The notes beneath the pieces are model-generated. The model ran no database searches, was not told the origin of the DNA, and saw nothing but the letters and a program-made list of their open reading frames with translations. Shown piece by piece: positions 27,223-40,074 of a DNA stretch of 64,000 nucleotides. The DNA lies in assembly GCA_951406725.2 (NCBI GenBank), contig OX597819.1:126480001-126544000 (forward strand), in the 5' to 3' direction. The number at the start of each line of letters is the position of its first letter. The stretch's first letter is position 1. This DNA is from Octopus vulgaris (taxonomy: Eukaryota). Both the position numbers and the translations under genes were made by a program.

Positions 27223-27952
27223 TATAATTGTATAAGACATTTATTTTTTCTTTCATCGAAGCTTTCATCGAAGCTTACCCTTTTAAATTATCCCCCTCCT
27301 CATCCTCTTCCTTCCATCTTTCTTCTTTCTTTTCCTTACTTCTTTGCTATCTCTCTGTTCATTAAGGTTTTCTTTGAAGCTACTCTTGAAATACTAATTC
27401 CAGTTGGTTTATGTCACTCAGTGCAATCATACAGATTTAAACACTGTTTAATTTCTCGATCAGACAATTGACTCAATATACAGACTAATTAATACGTCCA
27501 ACTTAAAAACGATCTTATCCAACTGCTATCTTTACTCTTTCTAATATTGGAATGTCCTCTTTCAAACCCCTTCCTGCCGAATTGTATGAATATATAGATG
27601 AATATGTCCACGTTTTTCTCATATTAATTAATTCATTTAGCCATGACGAAACAGTGATGGATTTTGCGTTTTATCAATCAATATTACATAATGATTGCGT
27701 ATATCCATGTTTTACAACATGATAAATGATTTATCTGACTAATATGCTGTTGAAATTAATACGTTGTTTATTTTGTAAATCACGACAAGAGAAAAATTTC
27801 TTGAATTTTCAGTTTTGTTTGAAACACTCTTACTGAAACAACGTTCGTTTCTATGCATTCTGTATGTCAGTATTTTGCAGGTTTGCAGAAGTGTGACTAA
27901 GATAAATTGTATTTCCGTATCCCTTTTCATTTGCTCACTCTCTCTCTCTCTT

Positions 27953-27996
<44 letters not shown>

Positions 27997-28158
27997 AGTA
28001 TATATATATATATATATGCATTTATATATACATATATATGCACACATACACACAAACACACACACACACATAGACACACATACACACAGACAAGCACATA
28101 GACATATACCCATACATGTGTATGTATGTATATATGTATGTATGCATCTATGTGTGCA

Positions 28159-29753
28159 CACACAAAAGTCGGTTGAAAAGTTTATAGGCTGGCCAAGTTA
28201 CTCCCATGGAACCTAACTAAATGAGGCTTATTTTTCAATGTAGCCCCCCCCACCCTTGTCGTTCACACATTTCTTCCATCGGTGTTCCAGTGCTTGGATC
28301 GCATTGGTGAAAAAGCTTTCATCCTGTTGCTTAAAAACAGTCAACAGCAGATATGACGTCATCACTGCGATACTGATTCCCGGCCAAGTGTGTTTTCATG
28401 ATGAGGAATAGATGATAGATGGGGCCACATCAGGAGAATAGGGATGGTAATCAATCAGTCCAAAACCACAGTAATCGATGGAAAGTACTATAGACCTTTT
28501 GAAAATTGTCAATAAACACAATACTTTCTCCATCTCAGAAAACTGAGGCCATTGTTTTCCTTGTTGATGAAACGCCTCTGAAGCAGGTTCGGAGGGGTGT
28601 TTCCATTGTATGAATTTTCTCTTTCTCTCTGGCTCAAAGTGATGAACCAAACACTCATCCTGGGTTAGGAAATGCTCAAGAAAACAGCTGGTCCTGTCTC
28701 ATACAATGTCCGATCTTCTTGTGATTTGATCAACCTGGTGCGCTTTTGATCTGCTGTCAAAAGAAATGGCACCCACCAAGCATAAACCTTCGTCATGCCA
28801 AGTTTATTGTGCAGAATATTCTCAACTCTCTCACGGTATATGCTAATAGCATTGGCTATTTGATTTATCTATTTCTTTACTACCCACAAGGGGCTAAACA
28901 TAGAGGGGACAAACAAGGACAGACAAAGGGATTAAGTCGATTACATCGACCCAGTGCGAAACTGGTACTTTATTTATCGACCCCGAGAGGATGAAAGGCA
29001 AAGTCAACCTCGGAGGAATTTGAACTCAGAACGTAACGACAGACGAAATACCTATTTCTTTACTACCCACAAGGGGCTAAACACAGAGAGGACAAACAAG
29101 GACAGACAAACGGATTAAGTTGATTATATATCGACCCCAGTGCGTAACTGGTACTTATTTAATCGACCCCGAAATGATGAAAGGCAAAGTCGACCTCGGC
29201 GGAATTTGAACTCAGAACGTAGCGGCAGACGAAATACCGCTAAACATTTCGTCTAGCGTGCTAACGTTTCTGCCAGTTCGCCGCCTCATACGGCTATTTG
29301 ATTTATAGTTAATCGCCTGTCATCCATCACCATGTGGTGAACTCGATCAATGTTTTTCTCGGTTGTGGTAGATAGAGGATGTCCAGACCTTGGGTCGTCT
29401 TCAAGACTCTCCCTTATCCTCCTCCTAAATTCTACTACTCACTTTCGCACTGTTGATTAAGCTGGAACGTTATCCCCTAATATAGCAACTACGTCGGCAT
29501 GAATGTCGTTGGAAACTAAACCGGTTTTCTGCGGGTACTTGACAAGACCACGATGCCAAATTTTGTCCACACTCAAGAGAAGTTGCTACTAGTTAATTTT
29601 AAGTCTTCTGTGAACAGTCAGGTGTGCGGTTACCTGAAAAGAAACAATGCAGTTATTAATAAGAATAATTGAAATTAGTGCATGCACAATTTCACAGCTC
29701 TCGCATCACTTCTTCGTAGTCAGCCTACGAACTTTCCCAACCCACCTTGTGTA
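28159..29753 (-). mobile_element. Decayed mariner transposon with TIRs
   Basis: Transposase motifs ESLEDDPRSG, DRRLT, WWVP, VHHFEPE, HPYSPDVAPS (YSPDLAP); diverged TIRs CACAAAAGTCGGTTGAAAAGTTTATAGGCTG / GTCAGCCTACGAACTTTCCCAACCCACCTTGTG. Confidence 0.9.
28869..29285 (-). mobile_element. SINE family A head-to-tail dimer inside the mariner, 15-bp TSD
   Basis: Full unit 29052-29285 plus headless unit 28869-29051; TSD GGCTATTTGATTTAT at 28854-28868 and 29292-29306. Confidence 0.92.
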
Positions 29754-30120
29754 TATACTGTGTGATATGGCTTCAACACATTAGTATAGAACTTGATCAG
29801 GTAAGAAAGTAAAGATATAATAAAATCTATGTGCCTTGCGAAATACAGCTACCTAGGGTTTTCTGGTTGAAATATTAATTTATTTCGTCACTTATCAATC
29901 TCATAAAAACATAATGATGAGGAAAAAAAACTTAAGGACGCATTCGACAGTGTTGTCCTAGATAATACAATAACACAAAACAAGATATTTACAGTTAGAA
30001 CGCTCTTGATAATTGGTCGACCTGATCAACATAGACCATGTGTTAAACAACAATAAACACAACATCAACACCATTAACACTACATCATCTTCACATCAAC
30101 AAGAGCAATATCAACAACAT

Positions 30121-30290
30121 TGTTGTTGTGGTGTAGCCTCAGGTCAGCCTTGAACGAATAGAGCTATGATCGAAGGTCTTCTAGTCGTAACCGTAGTAAC
30201 TGAAACCTTAGAGCACATTATCCAATATGCCCATCTATTTACTAGGCGATACAGTATGATTAAATAATATTTGGCTGCTATTTCTTGGAG
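30121..30290 (+). repeat. Old dispersed repeat family (unclassified)
   Basis: Motif chain GTTGTT..AGCC.CAGGTCAGC..CTATGATC..ATTATCCAAT..ATTTGGCTGCTATTTCT; related copies near 4656, 23260-23560, 30880-31065, 31735-31935(-), 36108, 52930-53030, 55870-56430, 56480-56615, 63605-63780(-). Confidence 0.6.
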
Positions 30291-30323
30291 GCGGAATGAT
30301 AAAGATTCCGTGTGATGAAAAAC

Positions 30324-30495
30324 GGCGAGTTGGCAGAAACAATAGCACAGCAGCCAAAATGTTTTTCAAGCTTTACGTTCTGAGTTCAAATCCTGTTGAC
30401 TTTTCCTTTTCAGGGTCAATCGACTGGGGTCGATGTAATCAACTAGTTTTCCCCTCTCGAATTTTCGGTTTAGTCCCTACTGTAGAACGAAAGTA
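30324..30495 (+). mobile_element. SINE family A, degraded and internally deleted
   Basis: GGCGAGTTGGCAGAAAC, TTACGTTCTGAGTTCAAAT, CTGGGGTCGATGTAATC. Confidence 0.7.
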
Positions 30496-32211
30496 GTATT
30501 TCATGTGATTAGGAATGATTTTTACCCAATTTTAGATAATAAAAAAAAACTATCGTAAAAAAAAAGTTTATTGCATTAATTGAAAAGGATGCTGTTGCCT
30601 ATGGTAATAAAGTTTAAACTTGACTGCCTCAAGTGCTATCAAAGATATCGTATCTATAATATGCGAAGGTTAGTATCCAATGTCGGTCTATAAAGATACC
30701 CGCTGTTGGACTATCAAAGATGTCCCTGCTACAATATGGGAATCCATAATCCAATATTGTTTTATGAAAAATAACTCAACTACTTTATCGGGAACTCAAC
30801 ATCCAAAAATGGTTTATTAAAAGTAGCTCTGCTACAATATAAGAAATGCAGTAACCATGTAACCCTGTCACAATAATTATTGTTGTTCTTTAGCACCAAA
30901 GTAGCTTCTGACTGGGCAGACCTATGATCAAATGTATTTTATTTTCCCTCGTGAACACTTTGTCATCGCATAATATCCATTATCCTTTTCCAAAACGGTT
31001 ACGTAGTATAATTTGAGGGAGATTCCGTTACCATTTTTAGTATACCGACTGCCTACGTAGAGAATTTTCCTATACTAAGGAACAAACAATGGTTTTTCAG
31101 GAGGTTCAAATGATAATAAAGAGACTTGGTTTGACTCCTTTGAGTAACTAATTCATGTATTTTTCTCATATGGCAGTGAACAATAGTACTGTTGGTTATA
31201 AGGTTTCATTGTACTGACCATTGGTTCACAGTATCTCTGAGAGTGGCGGAGCCAAGGGTTTATTTAATCCGTACAAGGAACTCTGTTCGTAAAGCATTAA
31301 AGAAAATTTTCTTGTTAGTTTTTTCGCTGTGGTATATATTAAACGCTGATATTAATTACTGCTGGATAGCTGCAAAGTTTCATTTCTGCGTAGAAAATTC
31401 TACTAAGAAAGTACTATTTAATCCGAAACTATGGCAGAAAACGTTTTCCCAAAAGTGCTTTTCAGTGAGATAGAACCTGGAACCACGAGGCTGAGAGGTG
31501 AACTCTAACCTCACGTCTAGCTGATATAAGTGGATAAAAGACTGGACATTTTTAGTCTAAATTTGAACTGAATATCCGTACAGAATATATGATTGATTTC
31601 TTTAAGCAGAGAAATTCTTCATTTCTAAATCGTTCGCAATATAGACAACACATCCAACGCCATTATATAACTGGTAGTTATTTAATTAAAATCTCCTCAA
31701 CATTAGTCATTTATTGCTGGTCACTAGCAAGACGAAGAATCTCTACGTCGTTGCTCGATCTGCTATAAAAAGAAACCCAATTTTCACACCGCGCCAGAGA
31801 AACCTTGAAAAGGTAAACTCAAATTGGATGCTAGTTTTCGATGGATTGTCTGAAAATAAGATGGAATGAGAGTGGGTAGTCATGCTCAGAACACCTTTAA
31901 TCATAGGTTTTCAACCCTGGTACTAAACACTAAAACCAAAAACAGGGGATCATAATTTTTTTTTTCTTAATTTCTAAGCCATCTTCAAAGCATTTACTGA
32001 TCAACATGCATTGATCAATTTTCCTTTGACTGGATGCGAAACAACTGCAGGGGTATTAGAAGTACCCTTCAATATTTTTATCATCATCAAGTTTCGCCTG
32101 CACTCAGCCGTTTGAATATATTATGGATCGTTTCAATGCTATTCCTGGGGTAACTACGGCTATGTTAACATGGTAGGGATCCGTTTCTTCTATTGCATAA
32201 ATCTATATCTG

Positions 32212-32312
<101 letters not shown>

Positions 32313-32600
32313 GTATATACACACACATATAATGCGTAATACTGTTGGAAACATAGCAATAAGTTTTCAAGATCGAAGTGTATGAAATGCATACACACAC
32401 GCACAGGTATACACACACACACACATACGTACATACGTACATGCATACATATATACATACATACATGCATACATACACACATACGTACATACATGCATAT
32501 ATTCATACATACATACACACATACATGCGTACACATATACATACATACATACATATACACATACATACATACATACATACATACATACACATACATACAA

Positions 32601-32632
<32 letters not shown>

Positions 32633-33287
32633 CGCACTGAATAATTTCATATATTAAAATTCTGAAACAAAAAACCCACCTCATTAGAGATGCCCGAATG
32701 AACGAAAAGTGTGTTTCTTAAAAAAAAAATTAAAAAAAGAAATAAGATGAGAAGAGAAAAGAACAGAAGAAGCCATGTGACTCCAGAAGAAAAGAAAGAA
32801 GAATTATAAAAATACAAAAGCAAAATGTCCACGAAAGAAAAAAAAAAGGAAGAGAAAAGAAAAACAAAATCATACCCCGATCAAGACGTCTTTTATTTTC
32901 TCAGCAAATGAAAAGACATACTGAATTTTTAATCAGCTATTATTGAATAAATGCATTCAATAATACAAAAAAAGAACAAGAAGAATTTATCGTGTGTGTG
33001 TGTGTGTCTACATGATAATAATCAGATTCCTTAGTGATTGTATGTATGACGTACAATCTTTTTTTATTCTTGTCATTGCTTCCTTCATCCTATCAAAAGC
33101 ATACAAACAGTTCTCAAACATAACATTGGTGAAAAGAAAAGAAACTATAAAGAACTAGAAATATGAAAGAAAACAAGAAGATACGTAGGTAGTCGCAGAT
33201 TAGCATAAAATTTCCATAAATCAACTTAGAGATAAAAAGCCAACTACAAAACTTTTCACCTGTTATAACCAAGTGTGTGTATGTGTG

Positions 33288-33334
<47 letters not shown>

Positions 33335-33795
33335 GGGGGGTGTTTGCGTGTATGTGTGAGTGTGTGTAAGTGTACATACCTGTATACATATATATACACA
33401 CAGACACATAGCTATACACATCTACACATGCGTATATCTACATATATACATATATAGTCATATAAGTGAAGATACCTATGCACATATGCGTATGTGAGCG
33501 TATGTATGTGTCTGTGTCAACACACACATATATATATATATACATATATATATATATGTATCTAATGTATCTATATATGAAGGCATATATGAAAAAAATA
33601 TCTGTATATTCATACTATACACACATAAGAATGAATGCATATATACGTATGGGTATATGTATATACACACACATTCGTGCGTGTATGTGTGTCACTCATG
33701 AAGATTCACTATAAGACAAGGTGTTTGTCTAATTAATACACATTTTGTGAGCAATTAATGGATAGAGTCGACAATATGAATATAAACACCCCCAC

Positions 33796-33828
<33 letters not shown>

Positions 33829-33893
33829 ACAGATGAAATGTATACACGAATGTGTACGCACATATATATTTGTATATATTATACACCCACACA

Positions 33894-33954
<61 letters not shown>

Positions 33955-34364
33955 AGAGAGATATATACAATGGTTAATGTATATGTATATGACTAATGAA
34001 ACTCCAGTTAAAGTCTTAATGTTTAGCTAATTTATACATCTTTTGTGAGCAATTAATGGATAGAGATCATGTTGAGTGACGCAGAGAAAAAATCTTTTTT
34101 TGTGCGAACAAATTAATATTTGCTATGGTTGGGCTCCTTCATGTATTATGACTGTAATAATCAGCATAGTTACAGTGTCAGTTGAAATTTCATACAAACC
34201 AGACAAGCTGGGTTTCGTAAAATATCTTTACAAGTAAAAGAAAGTACTTCGTAAAAACATTTACCTATCTTTGTAACAAAATTTCTTTATCATTTTTGCT
34301 ATCTAAATTGAGCCAATATTTATTCTACTTATATTTATATAAAAATATTTTGCGTTCATGTGCG

Positions 34365-34616
34365 TGTGTATGTATGTATGTATGTATGTATGTATGTATG
34401 TATGTATGTATGTATGTATGTATGTATGTATGTATGTATGTATGTATGTATGTATGTATGTATGTATGTATGTATGTATGTGTGTATTTATGTATGTATG
34501 TATGTATTTATGTATGTATGTATGTATGTATGTATGTATGTATGTATGTATGTATGTATGTATGTATGTATGTATGTATGTATGTATGTATGCATCTATA
34601 TATGTATTTATGTATG

Positions 34617-34648
<32 letters not shown>

Positions 34649-34653
34649 TATAC

Positions 34654-34686
<33 letters not shown>

Positions 34687-34770
34687 TGTATGTATGTATG
34701 TATGTATGCATGCATGTATGTATGTATGTATGTATGTATGTATGTATGTATGTATGTATGTATGTATGTG

Positions 34771-34802
<32 letters not shown>

Positions 34803-34860
34803 TGTATGTATGTATGTATGTATGTATGTGTATATGTATGTACGTATGTATGTATGTATA
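34365..34860. repeat. Long (TATG)n microsatellite block
   Basis: Direct inspection; similar blocks at 58095-58305 and 59560-60050. Confidence 0.95.
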
Positions 34861-35104
34861 TGTTCTCTTCTGTTGAAATTCTTCCTCTGGGGAGGGAGCT
34901 GGTTTGTAACAATAATACAAAACTCTATCTTTGGAATGTAGATAACGAAAACACGATCACAGTTTAAACCTGAGAAAAGTCTTGTATGTATTTATTCAAT
35001 AATATCTTACTAAAAATCCAGTTTCTGTATCTGTTTACTGTATGCATGTGGGTGCGTGTGCGCGCGTGTGTGTGTTTTTGTGTGTGAGTGAGTGTGTGTG
35101 TGTA

Positions 35105-35524
35105 CGGTGATATACGTATGGAAGATCCTGGGGAGGCTGGCACTACACTTTGGCATCGAGAGCTATTTTAGTCCCCGAACTGGACGGCACTGCGCCGTTC
35201 CAATATGTCTAAACCATCCAGTTTAGAGTGAAGACCATGTACTTCAATAGCTTATGATCCAAAGGATTACGGCTATTTAATACCATACCAAAAATATGCA
35301 AGAGATCTATATGGAGTAGATGTTTTCAAGAGGTAACTTGACCTCTTGCTGTCTAAGGTCACAGAGGAACCTGCATCACGGCAAGAATCTCAAAGGAGGG
35401 CAGCAATATCGAACTCCTAGCTTCACCAAAAGTCAATCACAAAAGAATGGCCATTGAAAAAGGGATAATACTGGCAGTGTCCCAGCATGGCCACAGCCTT
35501 TTGGCCGAAATGAATAAAAGAAAA
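35105..35524 (+). mobile_element. CR1-clade LINE 3' end with 3' UTR
   Basis: IYVWKIL..FGIESY..RTGRHC..FNSL*SKGLRLFNTIPK..VDVFKR*LDLLLSKVTEEP..RAAISNS*LHQ; 3' UTR ends CAGCATGGCCACAGCCTTTTGGCCGAAATGAATAAAAG. Confidence 0.85.
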
Positions 35525-36753
35525 CATACATATATATCTACATACATGCGTATACATACATGTGTGTGTGTGTGGGGGGGGCGTTTATATATATATATAT
35601 ATATTAAGAAGGAGGTGTACTGAATAGCTTGTATAATAAATTTTTAATAGAAATTCAATTTTCGAGCCACGGAAGGGTAAAAGTACCTACAGACAATTAG
35701 TTATTTGGAAGGGGAATTGTAAGTTCTAGAAACTAAGAATAAATGTTTGGATAAATTTAGATGCTGGAGAAAGGATCATTCTGATCTTTCATGGCTTTAA
35801 CCCCAGGCATTATGTTTGAGTCTACTTAATGGCCTCATCATCATCACCTGTACAGCGTACAGAAGAACATCGAATTGAAGTAACAATGAAGTTCTGCAGT
35901 CGACCTAATTGAATATAACTTCAAAGGTGTATCTACGTTAGAAAACATTAGTTTCTGATGCTGATCTTGTTGCTATTGCCGTTTTGCTGTTCTGCTACTA
36001 CTTAACAACAGCTCGGTCTTTAGTCTTTAATATCTGGTCCTCTTCTCGTACGTACTGTATATAGAACTACAAAATCCACTGTGAATTTTCATTTTTAAAT
36101 AGAAATACAGGGGTGTGATTTGAGGGAGATTTAACTGCTAATAGTAGATGGTTGATGTTCTAGAAATGATTCTATTGAGAAAAAAATTAATTGCTTCGTA
36201 ATACCGTTATTTTATACCCTAATTTATGAATTTTTATGCCGGTTTATTCACAAAAAGTGGAAAGTCCATAGTCGTTTTCCAGGGAGCCTTTAGGCAAAGA
36301 TCGAGCCAGAATAGATTTAACAGAATGGACTCAATTAAAATCACCTGAAGATCAGATGACGGCGTTGAACCAGGAGTCGGATTAAGTTTAATATCGAAGG
36401 ATGTTATGGCATTCGAGGAGTGAACGCGATATGTTGTACGTCATATGGAAGCTAGACTGCATGGCCGTTTTACTGGCCACAAAAGTAGCCGAAATTCACT
36501 CAGATCACACCCTATCACTATCGGCTATACAAAGATAAATCTTAGAAGTTTCTTATTAAGATAATTATACAAAATAGTCTCACAAAAATAGTTAACATAT
36601 ATGGCTTTTATTGTTTTGAGAACCTTGCCATATGTGAGTCCAGTCTGTAGTTTATATCTAAATCTAAATCTAACATTGACCAATCGTCATAAATACGGAA
36701 TGAATGCATTAAATAAAGTGGTTCTGCACACTCCTTCAAAAAGATATGGGACA

Positions 36754-37160
36754 GGCGCAGGAGTGGCTGTGTGGTAAGTAGCTTGTTTACCAACCACATG
36801 GTTCCGGGTTCAGTCCCACTGAGTGGAACCTTGGGCAAGTGTCTTCTATTATAGCCTCGGGCCGACCAAAGCCTTGTGAGTGGATTTGGTAGACGGAAAC
36901 TGAAAGAAGCCCGTCGTATATATATATATATATATATGCGTGTCTGTGTTTGTGTGTCTGTGTTTGTCCCCCTAGCATTGCTTGACAACCGATGCTGGTG
37001 TGTTTATGTCCCCGTAACTTAGCGGTTCGGCAAAAGAGACCGATAGAATAAGTACTAGGCTTACAGAAGAATAAGTCCTGGGGTCGAGTTGCTCGATTAA
37101 AGGCGGTGCTCCAGCATGGCCGCAGTCAAATGACTGAAACAAGTAAAGGAGTAAAAGAGT
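36754..37160 (+). mobile_element. SINE family B, full length
   Basis: Consensus head, ACCTTGGGCAAGTG CORE-like motif, (TA)n, tail. Confidence 0.93.
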
Positions 37161-37503
37161 ATTCAGAAGTGGATCATACGTTTACGGGATCTATAAACGA
37201 AACACCAGCGCTGCACCGAAGTTCGAGTCATCCAACATCTAGCCATCCACGTCGCTCCACTTCTCAAATCACGACCCTTACAAATGGGGACTTCTAAAGA
37301 CGAGTCATTTCTCTATTATCTTTTACACAAATTAGTCACTCTTTTCACGTGATACTAAGGATCTGGTCATGTGTGTCTATGATTTCATAAAGTTCGTGTG
37401 CGACGACAGAAGAGTTTGACCTCCTCGTCTTCCTTCTTTTTTTAGGAGAGGGGGAGAGGGGTAGCGGGAGTATTATTATTATTGTTATTATTATTATTAT
37501 TAT

Positions 37504-37548
<45 letters not shown>

Positions 37549-37550
37549 CC

Positions 37551-37602
<52 letters not shown>

Positions 37603-37858
37603 CGACAGCAGCGATGTCGAGGTGAGTCGAAGTGTAATAAGTTTCCTTAAAATATCTAAATGGTTTTTTTTGTAAAAAACAACACACAAAACAGGAAAAG
37701 TTATCCCTATTTAAAAATAAAATTTAAAATAAAGATAGCCCAGATCAGTATCAAGTGGCGAGAACTTTTCTTGCCTTATTTATTTATCTTACATTTGTTT
37801 TCTTTTATTTTGATGTTTGTGCCGAAAAAATGTTTTACACACACACACGCACACATGG

Positions 37859-37932
<74 letters not shown>

Positions 37933-38023
37933 GCCTACTTAAATATATACAAGTTATATAGATACGTTATGTATACATAAATTTATATGTGTACGCAAAT
38001 ACCTTTGTTTGAATGTGTGTGTG

Positions 38024-38069
<46 letters not shown>

Positions 38070-38509
38070 GTTAGATGAGAAAAAATTATCCCCAGCCGAA
38101 GATATATATAATGCATATACGGTTGTTCGAAGCTCTAATGAGTCCCTGATTCTGCAAAGTTTGATAAAATACAGCTTCTCGTAAATTTAGTGATTCCTTT
38201 TATTAAAATCATTTCTTTTAGCGGAATCGTTTCCGACCTACTCCACTGTGCTAAAACACAGCCGGGTACATTAGAAGAAAATATATACCAGCAAAGACCT
38301 CCATATTGTGGTTTCAAGTTCCATTGTAATTAACATAAACTTTAATATATGAAGAAACGATAAACTACTGGTAATGTACTTTGGTCTTGAGATTGACAGT
38401 AATGTTTAGTCACGGAATCTGGCCTTCTACTCATTCGGGATCGATTATTATGACTTAGTAGATCGTAGGAGTTTATGTTTAATTTAAGGAATTCACTTCG
38501 CAAGAAATA

Positions 38510-39080
38510 GGTTTAATGTCATAGGATGTGATGGACAAGGATGGATCTGATTGCGATTGCGCATGTTTGCATATCACCAATCAAAAACAAGCACCAAACC
38601 CTTCGTTAACACGTTGATCAGAATTTTAAAATCTACGTTCAGCAGTGATATTGGCCTAAATTGTACTATTTGATCCCCCTTGTCTTGGTGTTTTCTTAGT
38701 AGTGCCTCCGCTCCTCAACTCACGGAACTAGGAATTCTCCCTTTCTGCTGCCAGTTGCAGTAGATATCTGCTAAGAGGCCACTTAAACGTCTGGCATATC
38801 AAAGTAAAGCTCGTAAGGCAGAGCATCCAAGCAAGGCGATTTGCCCTCCGTGCAGCCCATCATCGCATCCTGCATTTCTGAGACTGTTATCGGCCTCGTG
38901 CAACATTCTGCTTCCCTTGCCGAAAGTCGTGTTAGGCTAGTTCTTCCTATCGCTAATACATTACTAAACCTAAATGCTGCAAACATCTGTTCGGGCTCGA
39001 GTACCAAGCGCCCATTTTCATCCACCAAAGACCGAATTGTAGCTTTGTTTCCACGTTGCGCCTCTGCTACTCGGGCGCAC
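38510..39080 (-). pseudogene. L1/Tx1-clade LINE ORF2 RT fragment
   Basis: GKSPCLDALPYELY (GKSPGxDGLPxEFY), FRPISLLNVDFKIL; in-frame stops. Confidence 0.88.
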
Positions 39081-39604
39081 AGCGGTGGCAATGATGATGA
39101 TGATGATGATGATGATGATAGTGATTGTGGTGGTGAAGTCGATGGTGATAGGGTGTATGATGAAGTAGATGGATGTTGTAGTGGTGTTAGCTTTAATGAT
39201 TATATCACTAATATATATTAAACGCGTGTGTGCATATGCATGCTTACATGTGCGTGAATCCTTCGTTGATATCTGATATGGAGACTGGGAATAATACGTC
39301 CTGTGGCATAATAACCGAGAAGGTCAATGAGTTCTTTCAATTTTGTCGTAACGCATGACGACGACGATGACGACAGCGGTGGCAATGATGATGATGATGA
39401 TGATGATGATGATAGTGATTGTGGTGGTGAAGTCGATGGTGATAGGGTGTATGATGAAGTAGATGGATGTTGTAGTGGTGTTAGCTTTAATGATTATATC
39501 ACTAATATATATTAAACGCGTGTGTGCATATGCATGCTTACATGTGCGTGAATCCTTCGTTGATATCTGATATGGAGACTGGGAATAATACGTCCTGTGG
39601 CATA

Positions 39605-39607
<3 letters not shown>
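39079..39607. repeat. 235-bp direct duplication with 59-bp spacer
   Basis: 39079-39313 matches 39373-39607, including the (GAT)n tract. Confidence 0.92.
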
Positions 39608-39654
<47 letters not shown>

Positions 39655-39837
39655 ACACACACATGTGTATGTTTATGCATCCGAGTCTCTGTGTGTATGT
39701 TTTTGTGAAGATATGGGCCATTGTTAATAAGTGTGTGCATTTATATGTATGCATGTAAAAATGTCTCTCTCTCTTTCTCTCTCTCTCCCCTCTTCTCTCT
39801 CTCCCTCTTTTTAACTCTCTGCTACAGTAAATAAAAA

Positions 39838-40073
39838 GTTACGGAGGTGTACTTGCATAGCGAGAGACTTGATCTGAGATCGTGTGCTGGAACGAAAACA
39901 ATTGCAGCGTAGAAGGTGTTTATAAGCCATTTAAGAAACACACAAAACCGTTAAGATTCACTTCGCGGTCTTAAAGCGACGAAAATATTTTGACAAATTA
40001 AATTTAAATGTTGAAGTGAATCTAACGGTTTTGTGCGTTTCTTAAATGGCTTATAAACACCTTCCACGCTGCA
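39838..40073 (-). mobile_element. PLE-like mini-element with inverted partial copy (family also at 60591-60735)
   Basis: ~61-bp inverted arms 39903-39964 / 40013-40073; spacer carries HHR 3' half TCGC..GCGAC-GAAA-ATATTTT (palindromic stem III). Confidence 0.65.
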
Positions 40074-40074
40074 A

